From an uncultured Verrucomicrobiae bacterium (GTDB lineage Bacteria; Verrucomicrobiota; Verrucomicrobiia; Limisphaerales; UBA11358): a DNA stretch of 64,000 nucleotides. The stretch lies in NCBI GenBank assembly GCA_963714695.1, contig CAVQPQ010000008.1:106831-170830 (forward strand), written 5' to 3'. Below are positions 19,996 through 29,806 of this stretch, in pieces (positions within the stretch are counted from its first letter, which is position 1; each line of letters opens with the position of its first letter). A program made the position numbers and the translations under genes. The notes beneath the pieces were generated by a model. The model searched no databases, was not told where the DNA came from, and saw only the letters and a list, made by a program, of their open reading frames with translations.

Positions 19996-22274
19996 AATTC
20001 CTCCGCTCTTTGCGAAATCAGGCCTGGCTTTTGAGTCTGCTGCTGGTGGCTGCCACGCTGCTGGCCTACCAGCCGGCCTGGTCCGGAAAACCGATTTGGG
20101 ATGATGATCAGCACATGACTCCGTCCCGGCTCCGTTCGATGACGGGTCTGTCGCGCATCTGGATGCAACCCGGCGCGACGCAGCAGTACTATCCATTGAC
20201 TTACAGTGCCTTTTGGATGGAGAACAAGCTGTGGGGCAATTCGACTCTGGGCTATCATCTGGTCAACATTTTGCTGCACGCTGCCTCGGCGTTGCTGGTG
20301 GTGAGAATTCTACAAAAGCTCGAAGTGCCCGGGGCCTGGCTGGCGGCGGGCATTTTCGCCTTGCATCCGGTGCAGGTGGAGTCGGTGGCGTGGATCTCAG
20401 AACTTAAGAATACGTTGTCGGGCGTTTTCTATCTGGGCTCGGCGCTGGCTTATCTAAAATTTGACCGGACCAGGAACCGGAAGTTGTTTGCCGCCGCTCT
20501 GGGATTGTTCATCCTGGGCTTGTTGTCCAAGACGGTCATCGCGACTTTGCCGGCAGCATGGCTGCTGATTTTCTGGTGGAAGCGGGGGCGGCTGTTCTGG
20601 AAACAGGATGTGCTGCCGCTGGCTCCGTTTTTTCTGACGGGGATTGGTACCGGACTGTTTACCGCCTGGTTCGAACAAAAGGTTCTTCATGCCGAAGGCC
20701 AAGCCTACGATTTCAGCTTCATTGAACGCATTCTCATAGCCGGACGCGCGCTGTGGTTTTATCTGGGCGGGCTCTGCTGGCCGGCAAAACTGGTCTTCAT
20801 CTACTCACGCTGGGATGTCAACCAAGGAGTGTGGTGGCAATACCTGTTCCCGGCCGCCCTGCTGCTGTTATTGGCTGCGTTGTGGTGGGTGCGGCAGTGG
20901 CGCGGACCGCTTGCAGGGCTGCTCTTTTTCGCCGGCACCCTGTTTCCGGCGCTGGGCTTTTTCAATTTATATCCGTTTCGCTATTCGTTCGTGGCTGATC
21001 ACTTTCAGTATTTGGCGAGCTTGGGGATTATTACGCTCGCGTCAGCCGGTGCCGCACTGCTGTTGGGCCGCTGGCGAGTTTGGGGACGAGCGGGTGGCAA
21101 CCTGATGTGCTTGACGCTTCTGGCGACGCTGGCGAGTTTGACCTGGCGGCAAAGCGGGATGTACGCTGATGCTGAAACACTCTGGCAGACGACCATCACC
21201 AGAAACCCTGATGCCTGGATGGCCCATGACAACCTCGGTATCGTTCTTTTACAACAAGGGCAGGTGGATAGAGCGATTTTACAGTTCCAAAAGGCCCTGG
21301 CCATCCAGCCCGATGATGTTGTGACTCGCAAAAACCTCGGCATTGCTCTGCTCCTAAAAGGACAGGCGCGCGAAGCGCTGGTTCAGTTCCAAAAGGTTCT
21401 GGCCATTCAGCCCGATGATGCCGTAGCCCGCAACAATCTCGGTTACATTTTTCTCCAAAAAGGACAGGCGCGCGAGGCGCTGGTTCAGTTCCAAAAGGTT
21501 CTGGAAAACGATCCCCGCGAACCAATGGCCAATTACAACCTCGGCAACTTTCTTCTCGCCAAAGGTCGGGTGGACGAGGCAATCGTTTATTTCCAAAAGT
21601 CCCTGGCTGTCCAGCCCGACTCCTTGCTGGCCCGCGACAACCTTGGCACAGCCCTGCTTCTAAAAGGACAGGAACTCGAGGCGCTGGTCCAATTCCAGAA
21701 GGCTTTGGAATACGACCCCGGCGATCCGACAGCCCACTACAACCTCGGCCTCGTGCTTTGCCAAAAGGGACGAATGGATGAAGGGATTGTGCAGTTCCAA
21801 AAGGCTCTGGAGACTCGGCCTGGCTTTGCCGAGGCTCATAATAATCTGGGCAATGCTCTTCTCCAAAAGGGATTGGTGGACGAGGCGATTGCGCACTTCC
21901 AAAAGGCGTTGGAAATTCGCCCCGATTTTGCCGACGCCCGGGATAATCTGAACCACGCGGCGTGGCGGCTGGCCACCTCAACCGAGGCGTCCCTCCGCAA
22001 CGGGCCCAGGGCGCTGGCGCTGGCCCGGCAACTGGTCCGGCTTTCCGGCGGGAATAATCCGGCCATGCTCGACACACTGGCCGCCGCCTGTGCCGAGACC
22101 GGACAATTTCCCGAGGCGGTTGACGCCGCCCAACAGGCCTTGGAGCTGGCCCGCGCCCAAAACAACACCGCCCTGGCGGAATCCTTGCGCCAGCAGATCA
22201 AGTTGTTCCAAGCAGGCTCCCCGTTCCGCAGCGCTCCCCTGACGAATGACGCTCCGGACTCAACTCCGCCTTGA
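19959..22274 (+). CDS. Second TMTC-like GT-C/TPR protein whose N-terminus is the murJ start
   Basis: PIWDDD, HPVQVESVAWISELKN, DHFQYLA, about 9 TPRs; starts MSQMLKSSGSMA like murJ. Confidence 0.88.
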   Translation: MSQMLKSSGSMAEFLRSLRNQAWLLSLLLVAATLLAYQPAWSGKPIWDDDQHMTPSRLRSMTGLSRIWMQPGATQQYYPLTYSAFWMENKLWGNSTLGYHLVNILLHAASALLVVRILQKLEVPGAWLAAGIFALHPVQVESVAWISELKNTLSGVFYLGSALAYLKFDRTRNRKLFAAALGLFILGLLSKTVIATLPAAWLLIFWWKRGRLFWKQDVLPLAPFFLTGIGTGLFTAWFEQKVLHAEGQAYDFSFIERILIAGRALWFYLGGLCWPAKLVFIYSRWDVNQGVWWQYLFPAALLLLLAALWWVRQWRGPLAGLLFFAGTLFPALGFFNLYPFRYSFVADHFQYLASLGIITLASAGAALLLGRWRVWGRAGGNLMCLTLLATLASLTWRQSGMYADAETLWQTTITRNPDAWMAHDNLGIVLLQQGQVDRAILQFQKALAIQPDDVVTRKNLGIALLLKGQAREALVQFQKVLAIQPDDAVARNNLGYIFLQKGQAREALVQFQKVLENDPREPMANYNLGNFLLAKGRVDEAIVYFQKSLAVQPDSLLARDNLGTALLLKGQELEALVQFQKALEYDPGDPTAHYNLGLVLCQKGRMDEGIVQFQKALETRPGFAEAHNNLGNALLQKGLVDEAIAHFQKALEIRPDFADARDNLNHAAWRLATSTEASLRNGPRALALARQLVRLSGGNNPAMLDTLAAACAETGQFPEAVDAAQQALELARAQNNTALAESLRQQIKLFQAGSPFRSAPLTNDAPDSTPP

Positions 22275-22366
22275 ACCGTTGTGCGCCCGGACGCAGCCCG
22301 ACTTTGGCTTTGCGGCTTCGCACTTTCCGCTTTGGAGTTTGCGACGCGAACTTTAGACTGCACGCG

Positions 22367-24064
22367 ATGTCGCAGATGCTCAAATCGTCCGGTTCCATGG
22401 CCGCTGCCACGCTGACCAGCCGTGTGCTCGGCATGGTGCGCGAGATGGTTTATTACAGTTTCATGGGCACGGGCTGGGTCAATGACGCATTCCAATACGC
22501 GTTTACGGTTCCAAACCTGTTCCGGCGGCTGCTGGGCGAAGGCGCTTTGACGGCGGCATTCATCCCGGTTTTCAAGGAAAAGGAAAAAATCCACGGCGAA
22601 GACGAAATGTGGCGCGCGGCAAACGCCGTCATCTCCGGCCTGGTCGTCGCCGCGTGTGTCATTGTCGCGCTCGTCTTGCTTGGGGTTTCCCTCGCGCTGG
22701 CATTTGGAACCCCGCATCAATTGGCGCAACTGCCGGCTGACAGCGGTCTGCACCAAACCTCTTTGTCCGCACAAACCAATGCGATGGTTCCTGCTGCCGG
22801 ACAAATTCACTTTTGGACACCCGGCCATTTTTCGCAAAAAACAATTTTGATGCTGCAACTGCTCCGCGTGATGTTTCCCTACATGATCCTCGTCTGCCTG
22901 ACGGCGGTGATGATGGGGATGCTCAATGCGCGCGGCCATTTTTTCATCCCGGCGATGGGCGCGACGATGCTCAACGTCGTAATGATCGCCTCGGTCTGGT
23001 GGCTTGCGCCAAAATTTGGCCTGGAATTGCCCAAAGAACAAAGATTACCCGTGCAAATTTTCGCGCTCGCTTATGGCGTGCTGGCGGCGGGCGTCGCGCA
23101 GGCGGCGTTTCAACTGCCCACGCTCTGCCGCGACGGCTTCCGTTACGGCTGGGTTTCGCCGTGGCGCGATGCCACCGTGCAGCGCGTCGTTCGCCAGATG
23201 ATTCCCGGCACCATCGGCGTAGCGGCCTTTCAAATCAATGTTGCGCTCGTGCAAGGCGTGGCGTTTTTCGTCGGCACCGGCATTGTCTCCTCGTTCAACG
23301 GCGCCGTGCGGCTCATGGAACTTCCGCAGGGCATGTTCGGCATCTCGCTGGCGACCTATTTGCTGCCGACGCTGTCCGGCCTGGCGACGGACAAAAATTA
23401 TCCTGAGTTCCGCGCCGCGTTGCGGCACGGACTTTCCACGGTGATTTTTCTGAACCTCATCGCCAGCGTGCTGCTCGTTACGCTGGCGGAACCCATCGTG
23501 CGGTTGCTGTTTGAACGCGGCGCCTTCACCGGCGGCTCCACCGTTCGCGTCGCCTACGCGCTCACCTGCCTCGCCCCGGGACTTGTTCTGTTCTCGACCG
23601 TAAACATTCTGGCGCGCGCCTTTTACGCGCTCGGCGACACCAAGACTCCAATGAAAATCAGCGTGGTCTGCCTCGTCATCAATTTTGCCGCCACCTGCGC
23701 GTTGCTCAAGCCGTTGCGCGAAGGCGGCCCCGGCATCGTCAACACACTCACCTCGTGCCTCAACCTGGCACTGCTCCTGTTCGCGCTGCGGAAGAAACTC
23801 GGCAAACTCGAACTGGAATTGTTGCGCAAAAATCTTCCGCCGCTGGCGCTGATGACCATTTTAGCCGGACTGGTCGCGTGGGCAAGCTGGCGGTTGTGGG
23901 AAAATTCAATTGGTCACGGGACCCTTGCGTTGAAAATCGGCGCGGTATTTGTGCCGGCAGGAGTCGCTGGATTGGCTTACTGGCTGGCGGCCCTCGCGTT
24001 CAATATCCCGGCGGCAAAGGAAATGGCGGAATTCGCGCTGGCGCGATTCAAAACGCGGAACTGA
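22367..24064 (+). CDS. murJ: Lipid II flippase MurJ (MviN)
   Basis: SRVLGMVRE, PNLFRRLLGEGALTAAFIP, RLMELPQGMFG, RAFYALGDTKTP. Confidence 0.95.
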   Translation: MSQMLKSSGSMAAATLTSRVLGMVREMVYYSFMGTGWVNDAFQYAFTVPNLFRRLLGEGALTAAFIPVFKEKEKIHGEDEMWRAANAVISGLVVAACVIVALVLLGVSLALAFGTPHQLAQLPADSGLHQTSLSAQTNAMVPAAGQIHFWTPGHFSQKTILMLQLLRVMFPYMILVCLTAVMMGMLNARGHFFIPAMGATMLNVVMIASVWWLAPKFGLELPKEQRLPVQIFALAYGVLAAGVAQAAFQLPTLCRDGFRYGWVSPWRDATVQRVVRQMIPGTIGVAAFQINVALVQGVAFFVGTGIVSSFNGAVRLMELPQGMFGISLATYLLPTLSGLATDKNYPEFRAALRHGLSTVIFLNLIASVLLVTLAEPIVRLLFERGAFTGGSTVRVAYALTCLAPGLVLFSTVNILARAFYALGDTKTPMKISVVCLVINFAATCALLKPLREGGPGIVNTLTSCLNLALLLFALRKKLGKLELELLRKNLPPLALMTILAGLVAWASWRLWENSIGHGTLALKIGAVFVPAGVAGLAYWLAALAFNIPAAKEMAEFALARFKTRN

Positions 24065-24244
24065 ACCGAAGCAAACGAAGACAAAGAATTTTGATGTTGC
24101 AGCGGCTGACCTTTTGTAAACTTCGCTGCCTTTTGTTCAACGTTTCATCCCGGCCATGATCTGGTCGGTGATCATCTGCACCATCGTTTCGGCTTCCGCG
24201 TCAAAGCCGGTGGCCGGCGCCGCATCCGGCTTCCGCGTCGCCGG

Positions 24245-25048
24245 TTACGGGTCTTTGTCGTCCAGCTCGCCCACCTTCAACCCGTGGCGTGGGTCGGGGA
24301 TGCCGAGGTTTTGCTTGATCTTAAGCAGGTCCAGAAGCTGCGTGGACGTCAGCTTCTGCAACGGCCGGCCCAGTTGCTTCGCGGCCAGCAGGGTGCGGCA
24401 ATAATTCTCCAAGATTTCCATTTTGAAGTAAGCGTCTTCAACGTTGTTATGGCTCCAGGCGACGACGCCGTGGTTGGCCATCAGGATGACGTTGTGCTTG
24501 TCCACTAGGTCGGCAACCAGTTTGCCCATTTCCAGAGTGCCCGGCGTGCGATAAGGCGCAATGGCCACCGACACGAAAACTTCATATTCGGGAATCAGGC
24601 GCGTCGGCGGCGTGACACCCGCCACCGCGAAGCCCGTCGCATGGGGCGGATGGCAATGCACGCTGGCTACGGCCCGCCGCTGGCGTTTCATCATCTGGAG
24701 ATGCATCAGGATTTCGCTGGTGCGGTTTTTTTCGCCGCAAAGCTCGTTGCCCTCGAAATCCACGAGGCACATGTCCTCCGGCTTCATGAAACCCTTGCTC
24801 ACCAGTGTCGGCGTGCACAGCGCGATGTCATCGCCGATGCGAATGGCGATGTTGCCGCCGTTGCCATCCACGTAGGCGCGCTGCCAGAGCCGGCGGCCGA
24901 CATCGCAAATCTGGCGCTTCAGGTCCTGGCAATAAGGCGATTGGAAAAAACTTTCCAATTCAGCTTTGGGATCGTTGGACCGGGGCAGTCTGGCCGGAGG
25001 ATGCGGTTTTACACCGATGGGAACCGTCTGATTGGGGTCCTGGCTCAT
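24245..25048 (-). CDS. Class II aldolase (fuculose/rhamnulose-1-phosphate type)
   Basis: GNGGNI, TSEILMH, HCHPPHA and NHGVV Zn-binding motifs. Confidence 0.9.
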   Translation of the reverse strand: MSQDPNQTVPIGVKPHPPARLPRSNDPKAELESFFQSPYCQDLKRQICDVGRRLWQRAYVDGNGGNIAIRIGDDIALCTPTLVSKGFMKPEDMCLVDFEGNELCGEKNRTSEILMHLQMMKRQRRAVASVHCHPPHATGFAVAGVTPPTRLIPEYEVFVSVAIAPYRTPGTLEMGKLVADLVDKHNVILMANHGVVAWSHNNVEDAYFKMEILENYCRTLLAAKQLGRPLQKLTSTQLLDLLKIKQNLGIPDPRHGLKVGELDDKDP

Positions 25049-25318
25049 GTTCTAAAAAAGGTCCGGGTTGCGTTGATTTCAAAAGCCGCCATGTCGGGGT
25101 TAATCTACCGACAAAATCCGTCAATATCCATTATAATAAATGCCCGTTTGACCTCAGAGGGTGTGACCTGACCCCGCCGCCGGAGCGCCGAACACCGATT
25201 CGGCCTGATGGTGACTTTTGCCGGTTCGAGCCGATATGGTGATCGGCGCTCCATTGAGAAACAGCTTGCTTTCCAACGGCGTTCCGATGATAAACGACAA
25301 ATCTCATCCATAAAAATC

Positions 25319-26824
25319 ATGAAGAAACTGACTGACATCTTCCGCACCGCCGACGGCAAAAATTACCTTGTCACCTTTGTGCTGGTCACCTCGCTGTTTC
25401 TGCTCTGGGGCTTTTGCAACGGGATGATTGACATCCTGAACAAGCAGTTTCAGGTTTCGCTGCACATCAACAAGCAGCAGTCCGGCCTCGTGCAGTTCGC
25501 CAATTATCTCGCTTACTTCCTGATGGCCATTCCCGCCGGCTTGATCGCGCGGAAAATCGGCTACAAGGGAGGCATTCTGGTCGGCCTTGTGCTGATTGCC
25601 AGCGGCGCGTTTTGGCTTATTCACGCGGTAAGCATCGGCACCTACTCGTCGTTCCTGCTGGGCTTGTTTGTCATTGCGGCGGGCATGACCTGCCTCGAAA
25701 CCATTGCCAACCCTTACACCACGGTGCTTGGTCCGCCGGAGAGCGGCGCGACGCGCATTAATATCGCCCAAACATTCAACGGTGTGGGTTGGATTCTTGG
25801 TCCAATCGTGGGCGGATACTTCGTTTTCGGAGGAAGTGGTGGTGGATCGAGCGACGCCGCTGGCACTGCCGCTTCAGCCATCAATGCCAATGCCGGCCTG
25901 TCCACTCCCTACCTGGGTATCGGCATTTTAGCGGCGCTGTTGCTGGTCGTATTCATTTTCGGGCCGGTGCCGGATTTGCATACCGAGGATGAAAGCAAAA
26001 AATCCGCCGATCAAAAAACCAGCCTCAAGCCTTCCGGCGGCCCGTTGGCGGGCATCGGCATCGCGCTGGTGATTGTGTGGGGTCTGTTGTATTTCTTCAT
26101 CGCGCCGATTATGGGATTGGTCTGGACGCTGCTCAACTTGCCCACGAATGTGCTCGACCCGACCAAATTCGGTTTGATCACCGTCGCTTACATCGGATCC
26201 TTCATTGTGGTGTCAAAGAATTGGGATATGTTCCGGCGCAAACATTTTACGCTCGGCGTCGTCGCACAGTTTCTTTACGTCGCAGCGCAGACGGGCATCT
26301 TCAGCTTCTGCGTCAATTACATCATTGAGAACGACGCCGACGTGACGCCGGCGAAAGCCGCCACTATGCTGGGCGCAATCGGTTTTGTGCTGTTCACGGT
26401 TGGTCGCATTTGCGGCAGCGCCGTTATCAGCCAGTGCAAGCCGCACCTCGTGCTCGCGGCTTATGCGGTCATCAATGTGGTGCTGACGGCGGTGTGCATG
26501 GGCGGCGGAAAAATGGGCTTGTTCGCGTTGTTCGGCACGTTCTTTTTCATGTCCGTGATGTTCCCGACCATTTTCGCCTTGGGCATTCGCGGGTTGGGTG
26601 ACCACACCAAGCTCGGTGCATCGCTCATCGTCATGTCCATCGTGGGCGGGGCGATTGCGCCGCCGTTCATGGGCCACATCGCCAACGTCCACTCGATGCG
26701 CCTTGGCATGGTGGTCCCGCTGGTGTGCTTTGCCCTCATCGCCCTCTACGGCGCCGTCTGGCAGAAGCTGGAAGCCAAGGACGCCGGCAGCAACGCGGCT
26801 TGTAGTGTGGTGGTGAACCATTGA
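25319..26824 (+). CDS. fucP: FucP-like MFS sugar:H+ symporter
   Basis: LFLLWGFCNG, LETIANPY, FLYVAAQ, SVMFPTIFAL. Confidence 0.85.
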   Translation: MKKLTDIFRTADGKNYLVTFVLVTSLFLLWGFCNGMIDILNKQFQVSLHINKQQSGLVQFANYLAYFLMAIPAGLIARKIGYKGGILVGLVLIASGAFWLIHAVSIGTYSSFLLGLFVIAAGMTCLETIANPYTTVLGPPESGATRINIAQTFNGVGWILGPIVGGYFVFGGSGGGSSDAAGTAASAINANAGLSTPYLGIGILAALLLVVFIFGPVPDLHTEDESKKSADQKTSLKPSGGPLAGIGIALVIVWGLLYFFIAPIMGLVWTLLNLPTNVLDPTKFGLITVAYIGSFIVVSKNWDMFRRKHFTLGVVAQFLYVAAQTGIFSFCVNYIIENDADVTPAKAATMLGAIGFVLFTVGRICGSAVISQCKPHLVLAAYAVINVVLTAVCMGGGKMGLFALFGTFFFMSVMFPTIFALGIRGLGDHTKLGASLIVMSIVGGAIAPPFMGHIANVHSMRLGMVVPLVCFALIALYGAVWQKLEAKDAGSNAACSVVVNH

Positions 26825-26825
26825 T

Positions 26826-26873
26826 GTAGCGTCGAGCCTGCGGCTCGAACGCATCGGCGCAGCGCGACACTAC
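26826..26873. repeat. GTAG-type REP, family D (inverted related copy at 57554-57604)
   Basis: GTAGCGTCGAGCCTGCGGCTCGAACGCATCGGCGC closely matches the reverse complement of 57554-57604. Confidence 0.7.
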
Positions 26874-26920
26874 CACTGAATTTTTGACGGCCCGGATGAC
26901 ACCGGACTAGATTGGACATT

Positions 26921-27310
26921 ATGCTGAAAACCGGAATTTTGAATCCTCGCATCAACGACCTGCTCAGCCGGGTGCGCCACACCAACACGCTCGTCATCGC
27001 CGACCGCGGCTTTCCGTTCTGGCCGCAGATTGAAACGGTGGACATTTCGCTCGTGGACAATGTTCCGACCGTGCTGCAGGTGCTCAAAGCCATGCGCCCG
27101 AACTTCATCATCGGTCGCGCCTGGATGGCGAAGGAATTTCTGAAGCATAACGATGCGAAAACCCGCGCCGCGTTCGCCGAGGCCCTGCGCGGCATCACTG
27201 TGGTCCACGAACCCCATATTGATTTCAAAAAACGTGTTCCGTCAGCAATCGGTCTGATTCGCACCGGCAACACCGTCCAGTACGCGAACATGATTCTGGA
27301 ATCGGCCTGA
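26921..27310 (+). CDS. RbsD/FucU-family sugar mutarotase
   Basis: [33 protein letters not shown]. Confidence 0.9.
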   Translation: MLKTGILNPRINDLLSRVRHTNTLVIADRGFPFWPQIETVDISLVDNVPTVLQVLKAMRPNFIIGRAWMAKEFLKHNDAKTRAAFAEALRGITVVHEPHIDFKKRVPSAIGLIRTGNTVQYANMILESA

Positions 27311-27354
27311 GCCGGACCATTGAGCCAGGAGCAACGATCATTGCCTTCGTGCCC

Positions 27355-28598
27355 ATGATCAAAACCAAGAACATCGAACGTTCCTACCAGCTCGCCAAGG
27401 ACCGCTATACCGAATTGGGTGTCGCCACCGATAGCGCACTCAACGAGCTCAAAAGCATTCCCATCTCCCTTCATTGCTGGCAGGGCGATGATGTCGGCGT
27501 GACGCTGGGCGGCGGACTCGTCGCCACCGGCAATTATCCAGGCAAGGCGCGGACGCCTCAGGAATTGCGCACCGATTTGGAGAAGGCCTTTTCGCTCATT
27601 CCGGGCAAGCATCGCTTGAATCTCCATGCTTTTTATGGCGAGTTCGGCGGCAAAAAAGTGGACCGCGACGAGATCGAACCGGAACATTTCGCAAACTGGG
27701 TTGTCTGGGCGCATGAACAGGGACTGGGACTGGACTTCAACCCGACGTGCTTTTCACACCCGAAAGCTGCCGACGGCTTTACTTTGAGTCATCCTGACAA
27801 ACGCATCCGAAAATTCTGGATCGAACATTGCATCGCCTGCCGATACATCGGTTCGGCGATGGGCAACGCACTCATAAATCCATGTGTAACCAATGTTTGG
27901 ATTCCCGATGGCATGAAGGACACGCCCGCCGACCGTAACGCGCCCCGTGAACGCCTGGCCGAATCGCTGGACGAGATTTTCAAAAAGCCCCTCAAATTCA
28001 ATCTCGACGCCGTCGAGCCAAAACTGTTCGGCATCGGCAGCGAAAGTTATGTCGTCGGCTCGCACGAATTTTATCTCGGCTACGCCGTCAGCCGGAAGAA
28101 ACTGCTAACGCTCGATGCCGGCCATTATCATCCCACCGAGGGCATCGCCGACAAGATTTCCAGCGTGCTGCAATATCTGCCGGAGATTCTGCTTCACGTC
28201 AGCCGCGGCGTGCGCTGGGACAGTGATCACGTGGTCATTTTGAACGATGATCTGCTGGCCATCGCCCGGGAAATTGTTACGAATGGTTTCGCCAACCGCG
28301 TCCACATCGGGCTTGATTATTTCGATGCGAGCATCAACCGGATCGCCGCGTGGACCATCGGCGCGCGCAACATGCTGCGCGCCTGCTCCTGGCGCTGCTG
28401 GAACCAACGGCGAAACTCCGCGCTGCCGAAAGCGCCGGCGATTACACGACCCGGCTGGCGTTGCAGGAGGAAATCAAATCGCTGCCGTTCGGCGCGGTGT
28501 GGGATTATTATTATGAATCAAAAGGTGTTCCCGTGGGCGAAGCGTGGCTCGCGGAAGTGAAGCGCTACGAAAAGAATGTGTTGAGCAAGCGCCAATAA
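27355..28598 (+). pseudogene. rhaA: L-rhamnose isomerase with a frameshift near 28383 and a short internal deletion
   Basis: [28 protein letters not shown]; C-terminus LLLALLEP...PFGAVWD is in another frame. Confidence 0.88.
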
Positions 28599-28627
28599 TC
28601 CGTCAAACCCCCAATTCCACATCATTT

Positions 28628-29595
28628 ATGGCTCCCAATCCATTAGGCGGCAGCACGCTCTGGTGGACCTATTTCTTCGGCGCCATGTGGGGTTTTGGCG
28701 GATTGACCTTCGGTTTGACAATGCGTTATCTCGGCATGTCGCTCGGAATGGGTGTAGCGCTGGGTTATTGTGCCGCGTTTGGCACGTTGATGCCGCCGAT
28801 CTTCAAACAGTTCATGCCAACCATTCCAGTGGACTCCACCATCATTGAAATTGCCAGAACCACTGCCGGCCAGGTCACGCTGGCCGGCGTGGCGATCTGT
28901 TTGCTGGGCATCGGCATCGCGGCCCTGGCGGGTTTCACCAAGGAAAGGGAAATGCCGGAGGAGCAAAAAAAGAAGGTCATCAAGGAATTCAACTTCAAGA
29001 AGGGCATTTTGGTGCGACATTTTCCGGCATCATGAGCGCCTGCTTTGCCTTTGCCCTCACCGCGGGCAACCCGATCGGCGATGCCTCCCTCGCGGCGGGC
29101 ACCAACAAAATCTGGACCGGCCTCCCCAAACTCATCGTGGTGTTGCTCGGCGGCTTCACGACGAACTTCATCTGGTGCGCGCTGCTCAACTTGAAAAACC
29201 GCAGCGGCTACCAGTACTTTTCATCTCATATCCACCCGGAACACGCGCCGGCGCCGGGTGCGGACGAGGTGGGGCAACCCGATCTCAAGGTACCGGTGCC
29301 GGCCAACTACCTTTTTTCCGCGCTGGCCGGCACCTGCTGGTATTTCCAGTTTTTCTTCTACACGATGGGCGAGACGCAGATGGGCAAATTCCGCTTTGCC
29401 AGTTGGACGCTGCACATGGCGAGCATCATCATCTTCAGCACCATGTGGGGTTGGATCTTCCACGAATGGAAAGGTTCCAGCCGGAAGGCGCATCTGCTCA
29501 TTGCGGGCGGCATCGCAACCTTGGTTCTCTCCACGTGTGTGATTGGCGCCGGAGCGGGTTGGACAGATTTAATGGCATACTTGAAGTCACTATGA
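28628..29595 (+). pseudogene. rhaT: L-rhamnose/H+ symporter with N-terminal internal deletion and frameshift near 29014
   Basis: GAMWGFGGLTFGLTMRYLGMSLG; GGFTTNFIWC; WYFQFFFY; SWTLHMA. Confidence 0.85.
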
Positions 29596-29806
29596 TTCCA
29601 TTGCCCATCATCCGCAGCTGGCCTGTAGCTGCGACGCCCCCGTCGCAGAAGGTAACGGCGACGCCTCGTCGCCGGTTTGGACTCTGTCCGCTGCTGACGA
29701 TTAGGAAAGATGCGCCGAGGGCGGCTCCACCCTTCGGTGACGTGGCGTCACCGCTCCGACCAACTTCGGTTTTCAGTTTCAAAAGGCGTTGAACAGCATT
29801 AAAATT

